Shown piece by piece: positions 12,453-25,810 of a stretch of DNA of 64,000 bases. The stretch is taken from assembly GCF_006345805.1 (NCBI RefSeq), contig NC_042998.1, positions 96,596,001-96,660,000 of the forward strand. The letters run 5' to 3'. The notes beneath the pieces are model-generated. The model saw only the letters and a program-made list of their open reading frames with translations. It was not told the origin of the DNA and did no database searches. The stretch is from Octopus sinensis (taxonomy: Eukaryota). Positions within the stretch are counted from its first letter, which is position 1. Each line of letters starts with the position of its first letter. The translations under genes were made by a program, and so were the position numbers.

Positions 12453-14456
12453 TATTTCATTAAATTTGCCACAAGGGCAGCACACAGAGAGAAGCTTCAG
12501 GGCTAGACAGAGACATTAATGGGATGAATGATGATGATATATGGATGATAAGGATGGGAGAAGATGAAAAGCGCCCGCCGACTTTCGCTTCTCTAAAACA
12601 TTGTTCTTTTTTCTTTTTTCTTTTTTAAAGCACAATGAGGCAATAAACCTCTTACACAGTTCAAAATTAAAAATAAAACACAAACACGAGGCAATAATCC
12701 TCTCACTTTTTACATTTTTAGTCTCTTTTTGAGGTAATAATAACCTCTTCAATTTTTCCGCCCGGCCAGGCTCCTCGCTTCATCGAAGCACCTGGTTCCG
12801 TCCGAACTTAAAGGTTTCAACATAAATCTGAAGGAGTCCTTCGGGAAGGTGTTCGTTATCTTCCATAGATCGTTCTCCCATATGACCTCCGCAGCCACCT
12901 GCGAAGGCCACTCAAGGTCCTCCGTGTAGGACAGAAGCCCCTCCCACCGGCACTTCCTTTCAATTTTTTTGATTTCATTTTGCAAGGTTCCTCCCTTGTG
13001 GAAGAGGACCAAAAATTCATCCTCCAGCAGCACACCCGCCAAAGGAGAATCGGGACACGCCGGCAATGTCCCATTTTTTTCTCTTTTATTTTTCCCTTGA
13101 GCTGCGGGAGGGTAGTGTTCCCTTGCTGTGTCCAGCAGGTCCTCCTTTTCTCCCGCAGCTCTCGGTTTCTTCGGTGGGCAACCATTGTTGCCCACCTTTC
13201 GCTTTCGTTTTTTCGAGGAGGTTTCCACCTCCTCGACATCCTCCTCCTCTCCCTCCATTGAAGGAGCAGAGAGTCGTTCCTCTGTTAACTGCTCCAGGAT
13301 CCTATTTTGGTCCTTGGGGCAGTTTTTCTTGATTTGGCCGGTCTTCAGGCACAGGTGACACTTGGGGGGAGGCGTCCCTCCAGCATCACCGGATACCTAG
13401 ACCCGGCCATCCTCAAAAACTCTGGGAAAACCAGACTTTCGGCTGATTGGGTCCATAGGGTCAACAGAGCTTTTGACCCCTCCCAATCAGCTGCAGGCAA
13501 AAGTTTTACGTTGAGCAGCTTGTTATTGCTACCACCCAGACCCCGGCGGATAGAGTCCTCTATCCACTCGGGCTCAATTCCGGGTGGCAAGCCGCAAACC
13601 CAAGCCCTCGTTAACTTTTTTCCACAATAACTGGGAAGAAACATTATTTCCTTCCCCTCGAGGGGCGGGCTTGCAAAATCGCAAGCTTCTTTGGGGGAGT
13701 CAAATAGCAACCAGACCGTTGCAAATTTGACTCCCCGTGAAATAAATTTAATAGCTGGCATGTATTCTGCCAGCTCTTTCAAAATTGTGGCTTTCGGGAA
13801 GACGGTTATGGTATCGCGCAATTTTGAATAAGTCCTCAACAGCACCGTCTTCCTTTCGAGCTCTTTTAGCCATGATTTGGGAGGTGTTAATTCCCACACT
13901 AATATTTCCTTTGCCATTTTTTTAAAATAAAAAGTTCAAATATAGTTCGTCAATGCGTTTTCAAATAAATAAAGATACACAAGAAAAGAAAGCAGACACA
14001 ACAGAAGGGAAAAAAAATAAAAATAACAGTTCAAATAAAGTTCTTTTTTTTTAATAAATGATAGCTGTGAAAAGAGAGTTCAAATCCATGCAAAGAAATA
14101 AATTTTCGGTCGAAAGGTACTCCTGGCCAATTCTTTTAATCCATGTGGGCACAAAAATTTTCAAATACAATTTCTCACAATTATGTGAGACAACACACAC
14201 GTCTCCACCGCAAAGCAGACAAAAAGCTTCGAATCCAGCAAGGACTCCCTGCCTGTTCAAAAAATATAAAACCAACAGGCAACAAATCCTACCGGACTCA
14301 AAAAGCAAAAAGTCTTACCTTACAGCTTCTTTCAGTTCAACTTTCGCCAGCTGCATACCAGCGTGACGACTTTAACAGGTGCGTGAAGAACACTGTTTTT
14401 GTTCTTTTTTTCTTTTTAGGACGGAGCTCAGAGCGAGGCGTCCTCTCAGTTCAACC
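12453..14456 (-). mobile_element. Full-length ORF1-only Tx1/L1-related non-autonomous retroelement (HAL1-like)
   Basis: Perfect 15-bp TSD ggaagcaagcttctt at 12438-12452 and 14457-14471. It has a ~540-bp 5' UTR, one ORF1-like frame and a ~300-bp 3' UTR ending like the Tx1 LINE at 32101. There is no ORF2. Confidence 0.8.
12749..13917 (-). pseudogene. Tx1-type ORF1 (gag-like) protein of ~389 aa with one frameshift in the G6 run at 13364-13369
   Basis: Adding one base joins ORFs 13345-13917 and 12749-13258 via EGRLPPKCHLCLKTGQIKKNC, a zinc knuckle with H>Q. PSYCGKKLTRAWVCGLPPGIEPEWI aligns with PVYLNKRVTKVQIKNIPFDVETQWL of the Tx1 ORF1 near 37050. It also has an acidic stretch and the basic motif KKRKRK. 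Confidence 0.75.
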
Positions 14457-14496
14457 GGAAGCAAGCTTCTTACCACACTGTTACGCCTGCGCCTAT
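14457..14496 (-). mobile_element. SINE family A head, remainder of the split copy
   Basis: ggaagcaagcttcttaccacactgttacgcctgcgcctat is the reverse complement of the SINE 5' end. Confidence 0.8.
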
Positions 14497-14672
14497 CAAA
14501 ATTCAATATTAATGGACGAATTACTTAATGCATTGAATAGAGTATTATATCTATTTTTACAAGGAAAGAGTTTCCACTGATTTCCATCTTTCACTGATCG
14601 CTTGCCGCGTCAGATAATAAAGTTATTTAGTTTTTTAGCCTCATTCGGTTTTTTCAGTACTCATTCTCACTG

Positions 14673-14774
<102 letters not shown>

Positions 14775-14976
14775 CAGTGAGAATGAGTACTCACTGTAGG
14801 ATAAATATTATTTATTAATGAGTTCACAAGGCTACCAATGGTTTCATATAGTCGAGACATTTACAATTGTTAAGAGTACCACAAATAAAGTGTGTGTGTG
14901 TATATATATATACACGCACGCATACATACATACATACATACATACATGCATACATACATACATACATACATACATA

Positions 14977-15953
14977 CAAAGTGTGCGATGGGTAAATTGT
15001 CGCCATTTTATACTTTTAATTTTGTGTATGCGCATTGCTTGTTTTGGATTTTGTTGACTACACACTATAATAGGGTTAGTTGGGCATCGTCTGTGAGAAG
15101 AACAGCATCATGACGCAATTCACTCTGCCAGAAATTTGGAAACGACATGCTGTACTGCTTAGCATTCGCGGCAGAAGCTCCAATACGAACATTTCAGAAT
15201 GTTTGGGTGTTAATCTGAGGACAGTGCAGAGGATTTGGAAAGAGTTGGATGAATCTAATGATAATTACGAAGGTACAGCAGCTCGGAAAACTCACTCCGA
15301 TCGACCTGAAATTGTTGGGGAGGTCCAGGCCATAATTGGCAACGATCCCTCCAAGACAATCAGGTCGATCGCCAGAGACATGGGAATGTCTGAATTTCTT
15401 ATCTGGCAGGCAGTGCATGAAGACATTCGGTATTCGTCATACAAGATGACAAAGGGACAATTTTTATCCCTCGCCACCAAGGACAAGGCGAAAGACCGCG
15501 CTACGAAGCTTTTGAACAAACTCAAGCATCCTCGCCAACTGAACATGGTTTGGTTTTTATCAGACGAGAAAAATTTCTCCCAAGATCAGATGGTTAACAC
15601 ACAGAACAACCGTTGGCTTGCCGTGTGTCCCCAAAACATGTACCGAGAGTGATAAAAATCAAACATCCAGTCAACATCACGGTGTTTGGAGTGACCTCTA
15701 GTGATGGCGACGTTATGCCTCCATTCATCTTCCCACACAGCCTCAGGCTCTACACGAAGCTTACATCAAGTGCCTGGAGGAGATAGTGCTGCCCTGGATC
15801 AAGAGGGTAGCTGCTGGAAGACTCTATGTCTAGCAACAGGACTCTGCACCAAGCCACACAAGCAGAAGAACCCAGTCATGGCTGTCAGACAATTTCTGCG
15901 ATCACATCTGGCGGCCCTAACATCTGGCTACACTTTATTCACCGCACTCAGGA
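14977..15953 (+). mobile_element. Tc1/mariner-superfamily transposon (maT/DD37D-like), internally deleted
   Basis: Imperfect ~28-bp TIRs caaagtgtgcgatgggtaaattgtcgcc and ggctacactttattcaccgcactcagga, with TA flanks and a transposase remnant inside. Confidence 0.8.
15110..15925 (+). pseudogene. Transposase pseudogene (HTH plus first two catalytic Asp, C-terminus deleted)
   Basis: LGVNLRTVQRI, KTIRSIARDMG, WFLSDEKNF, NTQNNRWLA, KHPVNITVFG, QQDSAPSHTS. It has frameshifts and a stop, and ends before the WPPNSPD-type motif. Confidence 0.85.
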
Positions 15954-15974
15954 TATATATATATATAATATATA

Positions 15975-16014
<40 letters not shown>

Positions 16015-16369
16015 GCACAGTTGAATAATAAAATGGTTCATTCTTAATCCTTAGATGCCGAGTTCGATCTAACTGCGAGATACCTTGAATAATTGTGTTC
16101 TACCTTAGTCTTGCATTGAATCATTCGCTGTGAGTGAAATGAGATAGACGGAAACTTATAGAAACTCGTTATATGGGGAAAAAAAACCTGTAATTGAAGA
16201 GACCACCCACCTTTGTCATATAATGTGACATGCTAATACTAATTCTTCCTGGGAAGTATTTCAAAAATACAAATGTCTAAGAAATACTCAACCATTTAGA
16301 ATAAAACTGAAAGAGTTTGTAGTTGAGTTCATGGAACAGCTAGAATATTCATCACCGAAACCGAATTCC

Positions 16370-16381
16370 TCATCATCACAC

Positions 16382-16429
<48 letters not shown>

Positions 16430-16570
16430 TATCATCATTGTCGTCGTCGTCATTATCATCTTCAACATCATCATCTCTTTTTATTTCTTCTTACTCTTCC
16501 TTATCTTCATTATCGTCGTCACCACCATCATCGTCGCCATCAGCAGCAGCAGCAGCAGCATTGTCATCAT
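16370..16570. repeat. (CAT)n/(CGT)n/(CAG)n trinucleotide tract
   Basis: Direct repeats. Confidence 0.9.
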
Positions 16571-18343
16571 GTATGATAATTTTAGTATTTGTCGTGCTGG
16601 TCAATTATTACAATTATTACAATTTGTATGGAGATTACGATGAATAAAGTTTGAATAAACCTAAAATGAAATTTCTAGAATCTTCCAGAGATATTTAATG
16701 AGATTAGATTAAAACAATTAAGTTTCACACTAAAAACAATTATTTTCACTGGGAACAGATAAAATTGAAGAAACTGAATACGGCTCTTAAGATCGAGCGA
16801 AGTGAACGATAAATTTACCGATTCAATAAAGCAACAAAAGCAACAATACAGAAGGAAGAAGGTACTGGAGATGAAAATCAAAAAAGAGCTTGCTTTGGAA
16901 GATTTGATAATATTCAGTGAGAAAAAATGTCATCTGCTAAGGTGGCGCCGGCCTCATTTTTATCTTAAATCCGCTCGCCATTATCTGTATGAATGTATTC
17001 TTTTGTTCGTTTATACAGACGAAAGGAGCAATGCCCACGCAAATAAAAAAAATAGCAGAAAATGAAAAAAAATTAACTTTTGAAAATACACAGCATAACA
17101 CACAATTCGTTTGACAACATCAACAGTAGCAATATGATTGATTATACATGCGCGTCCGTTCTCAAATGAAATGAAATTGTAGCGAACAGTAATAACAATC
17201 AAGTATTCTTTCGAGCAAGAAAAAATCTCGGTATGAAACATTTTGCCGAAAGAACTAAAGCTACGCAGTATTTTGTTCCACAATCCATTACAGAGGCGTG
17301 TTGGCGGAGGGTTGTAACTTACCCATACATTACGTGGTCGGGTGGAGTCATCATGTGTATAAAATTCCTCATGACCCTGAGATAACCTTAGAGATAAGTT
17401 CTGTGAAAGATACTGAAAGAAAGGGCTTGACGCTCAGTACTCACGTTGGAAAACTCATCAGCTATAGTTGCAGCAGTAAAAACAATTAAATCTTCTTACT
17501 CAGAAGGCTTAAAAGAAAAATGGCGGCTACAAACCATGGAGGGGGTAAGGGCTGCTCGTCCCAAGATAGCACTGAGCACAGCTCCAGAGTCATCAAAAGA
17601 AATCGTCCTGTCCTTATTACTTGTAGCAATGGCTACAATTATCTTTCCAAACCACAACTGGCGAAGACAAGACTGACATTCAAAACAACAACAACAACGA
17701 GAACTAATTTAGTAGGTAAGCCCTTCTCATAACAGTACCCGTTTTTAAAAAGTTGTGGGGAAACATAAAGCAATCGAGTGGACGATAAAAAGTGTGAAGA
17801 ATGATACACCTGACGCGAAGGGTAATACACCTCTCCGATGAGGTGTCAATTTCTTATGAAAGAGAGCTTATCTTTCTCGTGAAGAGAATCACCTTTCTAG
17901 CGAGACGAATCTGTCTCCTGTGAAAACAAGCCCATTTCAAGAGAGGAAAAATTATTTTTCTCGATTGAAATGATTTTTCAGTTATAAGAAAGACCAGCAA
18001 AAACACAATGTAATATGTATATGAAAAACACGAGAATGATCCAGGTGAAGTAACGACTGGACACGAGATCGAATCAAACTTCTACCTGAAACTATTAAGA
18101 TACATGGGATATCAGTCGTATATCGAATTAAATTTGCTGAGATTTCATGATAAATATATTGATACTTACATACATATGCATATATAAAGATCTGGTGGTC
18201 TCGGTACTGGAGATGACGGGGATTTGTCTCCCTGCTACCAATATAAACAACAGTGCATTTTGCACCAAATGCCAATATGAGAGTTTCTCTCATGGTAACT
18301 ACCGCAAAATAGTTTGTTCTAATAGAACGCCCGCGTTTGAGAG

Positions 18344-18347
<4 letters not shown>

Positions 18348-18431
<84 letters not shown>

Positions 18432-18484
18432 CATACATACATACATACATACATACATACATACATACATACATACATACATAC
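18348..18484. repeat. (TA)n-(TG)n-(TACA)n compound microsatellite
   Basis: Direct repeats. Confidence 0.95.
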
Positions 18485-18949
18485 GTACATGTGTACCGTA
18501 TATAGATAGATAATAGAGAGATAGATGAAACTTACTTGGAAAAGGATGCGTGGCGTTCCATCATATAATAATATAAATAATATATAAATATATGCATATA
18601 TAAATACATATATGAACATACCTAGATATATACATCTATATATACAAGCATATATATGGGTACAGAACATCAAAAAACACGTAGACGCAATGAGAAACGA
18701 AAACGTATAAAGGAAAACATAGAAAACGAACTTTTTTTCGAACAACGAAAAAACAACAAACAGAGAAACGAGACATGCAACATAAAGAATATTCCCCTTC
18801 ATCAGTTGTCCCCTGTTTCATCTACTCTGCTAGGCTTAACAGGGATCTATTCGTTCAAGGTTGTGCCCCAGCATAGCCGTTGTCAAATGACTGAAACAAG
18901 TAAAACATATCAGATAAAAGATATATTATACAGTATGTGTGCATACGTT

Positions 18950-19008
18950 TACATATATATATATATATATATACACACACATATACATATATATAATATA
19001 TATATATA

Positions 19009-19078
<70 letters not shown>

Positions 19079-19083
19079 ACATA

Positions 19084-19152
<69 letters not shown>

Positions 19153-19183
19153 TATATATACACACACACACACACATATATAT

Positions 19184-19277
<94 letters not shown>

Positions 19278-19320
19278 ATATTTATGTATATTACGTGCTC
19301 ATGATACACACACACACACT
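18950..19320. repeat. (TA)n/(CA)n compound microsatellite
   Basis: Direct repeats. Confidence 0.95.
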
Positions 19321-20281
19321 AAAGATACAAAACAAATTGTGACAATGTTTATGTTTGTGTGTGTTTGTGCATGTGTGCGTGCATGCGTGTGTGTATGCAT
19401 GCATGTATCTGTTTGTCAACCTCCCTGTGTAGGACAGCAGCATTGTTAAAGACTGTGTCATAAACAATTCTGGTATCCGTGTTTTAGAATTTTGTATGAA
19501 CCGCTCCCATTTTTTCTTGTAAGAGAATGAAGCGTCACTGTTTAAAAATAGAGGATGTGATAAAGGCATATCTGCAGCCACGTCACAGCTTAACTGTTTT
19601 CTTTACGAAATTATAACCTGCGTTAGCCCTGTGACCCGCGGGCCAATGAGGATAATGTACATTATCTGATATATTTAGCGGAAATAGTTTGCTCAGAGGT
19701 GGGGCTAAAATTCATAGTAAATCATAGAAATGACATCTGTAATATTCTGATGGAGTGTGGAGGAAAAGATAATACATTTGAATGATATCCTACAATAAAT
19801 GACATCATAATGATATGTGTTTAATTATATCCCTAGGCATACTTGCTTAGGGATGTTGTTATTTAAATATTTTCACTCGTATTAGTTTTCACTAAACAGA
19901 AGTATTTAATTTATGAGTTACAGGGGAAATGTCTTATGCGATACACCTGGTAGAAATAGCAGCCAAATTTCTCTCAAAACTACATTCGACAGTCTTTTGG
20001 ATAATATAGTCTTGGTTACCTGGATGGTTGTTCAAAAAATCAGGATGGTCGCGATAGAATGCCCCTGACCATAGGTCTGTTTGATCAGGGCTTAACTATT
20101 ACTAATACTACTGCTACATTTGATCTGTGTAATATAATGCAATAATATGGCCATTGATGATTTGTAATGGTCCACCATTCAGTTGCGCTTGGAACATCTA
20201 ATGCAATGTTCTAAATACTACAATGGAGAAAAGTACGTTGGGAACAAATCATATAAACTTAAGTTTATCTTAATTTCACAC

Positions 20282-20390
20282 ATGTATGTATGTATGTATG
20301 TATGTATGTATGTATGTATGTATGTATGTATGTATGTATGTCATCATCATAATCGTCATCACCATCATCATCCTCATCGTCATCATCGTC
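20282..20390. repeat. (TATG)n plus (CAT)n microsatellites
   Basis: Direct repeats. Confidence 0.9.
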
Positions 20391-21144
20391 AGTCGTCCGC
20401 AGACTATAACATCTTTCATTCTCTGCCTCTAACTGTCTTTTGCACCTCATCAAGACTTTGAATTCAGAATTCGAGACCATACCAGTGTTATCTCTAAGCA
20501 TTTTTGGAAGGGTTTATATACATAATGTTTTCCATACTTCATAAAATAAACATCCTAATACGTATATTAGAGTTATTATTCTGAGTAACATGTTTGAATA
20601 CCATAACACTAACGATCTGCAATAAAGAAAATTTCGTGGGATTTATAAACGCCATTTATTCATTTGTCATGTGTTCCCCGAACACGCTACGCCCTCTACT
20701 ACTAACATAAAATAAAACATATTCAAAGATCTTTAACCGTATTTAAAATCTGCTGAATAAAATCCTACTCAAAAGAAGAAACAATAATTATTCAAAAATC
20801 ATAAAATTTCTTGTTTATTTCAACATAGTATATAAATAACAACATACACAAATTCGGATAAAAATTCTGTTGTTTTAAAAGAACGTTTTCATTTTTGCTA
20901 AAATGGCTGCACGACCACTTAGGGAAAAGCCGTTAATTATCAAAGTCTAAATGTCAAATTTAAAGACTTACATGTCATCGCAATTTATAAGGAAAATTTC
21001 CTAAAATGTTTGGCACTCAATCACCATATTGCATGTGAAAGGCACGTGATCAATGTAGCTTTACAATGTTATATAATGCAATAGCCATAACATATATAAT
21101 ACACACGTATGTATGTATGTGTGTGTGCGTATGTATGTATACAT

Positions 21145-21431
<287 letters not shown>

Positions 21432-21849
21432 TGCACACGCTTTCACACAGACGTTGGTGATAGGGGATGAGAGAAAAAAGCACTCAATACCATTGGAGAG
21501 TGTTATGTTCTCTTGAGCGTGACTCACTTGAGCCTGATTCGCTCTTGAGCCTGATCGATTCTACATCTGGTTGAGGAACCAGCAACAGGTTGGAGAAACT
21601 CCTAAATAACAGTACAGTGCAATAGCCAAAATACGCTTGTGTGTATTATGTATGCACTAGCACAGTTAGAGTGTGTGCCCTTCCGCTTGCCGCCCTCGGA
21701 CCCCACAAAAAATATGTTGCCTACAGCAGACCCAAACGTGGAGCACCTTTAAAAGAGCCGCCTGGGGCGGACCGCTCCTACCCACCACAGCTACGCTAGT
21801 GTATGTATGTAAATATGTGCGTGTGTGTGTGTATGCGTGCGTGTATATT

Positions 21850-22060
21850 TTGCTTGCTTCAGTCATTAGACTGTGATCATGCTGGAGCACCGCCTTGTAG
21901 AATTTTTAGTCGAATGAATCGACCTCAGCTTTTGTTTTTAAGCCTCGTACTTTACTTATTCTAACATTCTCTTTTGCCGAACCGGCAGGTCACGGGGACG
22001 TAAACAAACCAGCATTGGTTATCAAACGGTGGTGAGAAACAAGCGCAGAAACAAAGGCAT
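21850..22060 (-). mobile_element. SINE family A, 3' half
   Basis: gcttcagtcattagactg...gctggagcaccgcc...ggggacgtaaaca. Confidence 0.8.
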
Positions 22061-22091
22061 CCGCACACACATACACACACACAGATAGATA

Positions 22092-22166
<75 letters not shown>

Positions 22167-22289
22167 TTGACGCGTCGGAACAAAGCTATTCAGAAGTTCT
22201 CTTTGTGGGTGCACAGAGGGTCTTCAGGTTAGTTACGAGTTGTAACTTGCCTAAATATCCTGACCACCCACAAGTGAAGCCCAAATATA

Positions 22290-22745
22290 AATATTGGTTT
22301 CACATTTTGGCACAAGGCCAGCAATTTCGGGTAAAAGGGGCTAAATCGTTTAGATCGACCCCCAGTGCTCAATTGGTACGTATTTGTCCAACCCGAAAGG
22401 ATGAAATGCAAAGCCGACGTTGGCAGAATTTCAACTCAAAACGTAAGGACAGACGAAATGCCGCTAAGCATTTTCGCCGACGTGCTACCAATTCTGCCAA
22501 TTCACCGCCTTAACCTAAATATAAATATTCTTTTGTACTGTAAACACAAGGCCCGAAATTTTGGAGGAGGGGGCCAGTCGATTAGATCGAATCCAGTACA
22601 AAACTGATATTTAATTTATCGACCCCGAAAGGATAAAAGGCAAAGTCGACCTCGGCGGAATTTGAACTCAGAACGTAAAGACAGACGAAATACCGCCAAA
22701 CATTTTGCCCAGTGCGCTAACATTTCTGCCAGCTCGCCGCCTTCT
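22290..22745 (-). mobile_element. Two tandem copies of tRNA-derived SINE family B
   Basis: Each copy is the reverse complement of aaggcggcgagctggcagaa...gagttcaaattccgccgaggtcgactttgcctttcatcctttcggggtcgataaa. Copies lie at ~22290-22512 and ~22530-22745. Confidence 0.85.
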
Positions 22746-22823
22746 AAATATAAATATTACTAATCTGCACTATGCTACTGAGTACTCTTTCTTCCGACTG
22801 TCAACATAAAAATATGTGTATAC

Positions 22824-22861
<38 letters not shown>

Positions 22862-23169
22862 TCACACACATATACTTTCTCTCTATATATATATACATGT
22901 ATGTGTGTGTGAGTATAAAGACATAGGGGAGAGACAGATAAAATATATATATATGTATGAACGTATGTCTGTGTATATATATGGAGACATAAATGGAGAC
23001 ATACGTCTGTACATAACAGACGCACGTACATAGTTACACCTACATACAAACACACACGCACGCACATACAGGCACAAACATGAACACAGAAACACATGAA
23101 TATGCAGAATGCATACATACATACATACATACAAACGCGCACACACGCATGCATACATACATACATACA

Positions 23170-23201
<32 letters not shown>

Positions 23202-23204
23202 AAT

Positions 23205-23350
23205 ATAGTAAGAATTTACAAAAAAGCAAAAGACGAAGAGAGGTGGCGTAAACAACAAACAAATGTATTAGTTTAACGCTCGGGAAGTGAGAAGTCTTTT
23301 ATGTTTCGAGCCTACGCTCTTCGACAGAAAGGAACACAGAAATAAACAGG
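23205..23350 (-). mobile_element. Short repeat with hammerhead-like motif, copy 3
   Basis: aagtcttttatgtttcgagcctacgctcttcgacagaaag matches the reverse complement of 6317-6356. Confidence 0.6.
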
Positions 23351-23869
23351 GAGGCATGCACGCACACATACATACATGCATATACATACATACATACATA
23401 CATACATACATACATACATACATACATACATACATACATACATACACACGCATACAGACACACACAGACATACATTCATACAAACAAACAAACATACCCT
23501 GTTGTTGATGTTGAAATTCACATGAAGGAACCTTGGATCTAGGTTAGAAACCGGTTCTTTATTGGCAAGAAATCTTGAAATAAACTGAATAATGACATAC
23601 ATACATATGTGTATATACATGCACACTGATGCACACACATGCGCACAAACAAACAAACAAACAAACAAAAAGAATGCAGCTCTGATAACGGAACGAGTCA
23701 ACGACTATTGAAGAGTGTGCAAGACGCAACGAAAATTTTAGAAAAAGTAAATAAGTAAATGAGTGGAAATCGAACCGGTGCGTGTGTTAAATAATAAGTC
23801 GCTAAAACAGAATGACTTTCCCTGGACACAATAATATACATATATATATCGTAAAATATAATTGCCAAC

Positions 23870-24340
23870 TACATGTGGCGGTCCCATAGAGGACAATGCT
23901 ACTGCTGTTTTTAGCCCCGGGAGGACATCTCCTCCAGCTGGCTAACGACACACTGTCTGTGTGCGATTAGTATTTCCGTGGGGAAATCATCGTTCCATCT
24001 CTAGCCTTACGTGATACACAAAGACCCGGGTTTCTGGGTAGTATGTGATAATCACGGGTTAGTGATGAAAATTCATTCCACACGCAAAAAAACTATAGAA
24101 GATCAACTGTTGCCCACGTATACCAGCCTCCCTTCTCCATGCTACCGATGTTATCCGAGGGAAAAAGCAAAGGCCGATACAGTTTGGCACCAGTGACGTC
24201 GCAACTCATTTCTACAAATGAGTGAACTGGAGCAACACGAAATAAACTGTCAAGAACACAACGCACAGCCCGGTCCGGGAATCGAACTCACAACCTCACG
24301 ATCGTAAGCTCGACGCTCTACTGAGCCATGCACCTTCATA
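23870..24340 (-). mobile_element. tRNA-derived SINE family C, long copy
   Basis: Minus-strand head tggctcagtagagcg...gagttcgattccc carries A and B boxes, followed by gttgctccagttcactca. Confidence 0.75.
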
Positions 24341-24475
24341 TATATATACATATATGTGTGTGCATGTAATATACTATTTCACATACATACATATGTGCAT
24401 ATAATATACTATTTCAAATACATACATATATATATGTGCATATAATTATACTATTTCACATACACACACACACAC

Positions 24476-24527
<52 letters not shown>

Positions 24528-25589
24528 ATGTATGTATGTATGTATGTATGTATGCATGCATATATTTATACGAACACACACACACATACACACATGCACG
24601 CGCGTGCGCACGCACAAACATACACATAGAGAGAGAGGTAGGGAGAAGGAGAAAGCGTGGGCTATGAATAGTCATATCCTTACATATTTAGTATCGCTCT
24701 GAATTTAGGCCGCATAAAGGGCTTTTTCCTGTATACATCAGCATATGTTTGTGTACGTGTGTGTGTATGCGTACGAGCGTGTGTATGTGTGCGATGATTC
24801 TATAATATTTTGGGCTATTACAACAAGAAAGATTTCCCTCTCTCAGCCTCTTACTTTACCAAATATGTACCGTTACTCAGTTTAAAGGAAATAGAAGCAA
24901 AATATTTTCTTTTCTCCTTTGTTGTTTTCGTTTATATTTCGTATTTCTTAGTCTGTCTCTAACACAAATATCTCTTTTTCTCTTTTATTTTATTTTTGTC
25001 TATATTAATAACCGCGATATGCTGTCAATAATGTTTTAGTTGTTTTAACTGTCCAGATACGGATTTCCATTCCCTACCTCTCTACTCAGTTAATTGTTTT
25101 GAAAGCTGTTCGCCATCAGTCTACCCTTGGAGATCTTAGTTCAGTTATATTTCAAAAGAATATTTTTTGCTTTTTTTTATCCCCCCCCCCCATTATTCTG
25201 TTGCATAGAATAAACTCAGATTATTAGAAGGATTACATGGAAACTATTCGCATTAAGGTTTGAGAGCTTATAGAATTTTTGTTATTATATAAGAGCTTAT
25301 AAGTAGGACTTATAGTAGAAGATTAAATACTGACTAAATAAAGGATAAACTGAAGGATTGTAGTTTGAGATTAATACTTTGTTCTTAAGATTTAGTGCTG
25401 GTAAACCGTCTCTTCAAAGTTGAGGGATTTTTTTCTTTTTCTTTTTCACTTGACAAATTTATTTCTTCAATATTTGTAGGTTAATATTCTTATCCGTTTT
25501 GATACGAATCCACCCGAGTTCGCCCCTAATTTTGTGGTACAAACTTCTCATTAAAATTTTATGTTAATTTGTGTTCCAAACACCACCTA

Positions 25590-25810
25590 ATAATGGTTTC
25601 AAATATTAGAACAAGACCAGCAATTTCAGGGCAGTGGGCAAGTCAATTACATCGACCCCAGTGCTTAATTGGTGCGTATTTTATCGATCCCGAGTGGATG
25701 GAAGGCAAATTCGACGTCGCTGAAATTTGAACTCAGAACATAACGTCAGAAAGAATGGCGCTAAGCATTTTGTCCGGCGTTCTAAGGATTCTGCCTTCTC
25801 ACCCCGCTTT
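25590..25810 (-). mobile_element. SINE family B, older copy
   Basis: atcgaccccagtg...ggcaaattcgac...atttgaactcagaac. Confidence 0.8.

Noticed and set aside
13358-13372. Programmed -1 ribosomal frameshift in the ORF1-only element
   Set aside because: A single missing base in a homopolymer just before a conserved zinc knuckle is more simply a mutation or sequencing error.
16331-16647. Poly-His/poly-Gln and poly-Ser/poly-Ala ORFs
   Set aside because: Explained by (CAT)n/(CAG)n repeats. There is no flanking domain or splice evidence.
17290-17700. Possible 5' region of an RTE-like LINE or a host exon
   Set aside because: No diagnostic peptide motif was found, so no call can be supported.
24270-24340. 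tRNA-like sequences with A and B boxes
   Set aside because: They are SINE heads continuing into SINE bodies, and no complete cloverleaf forms.
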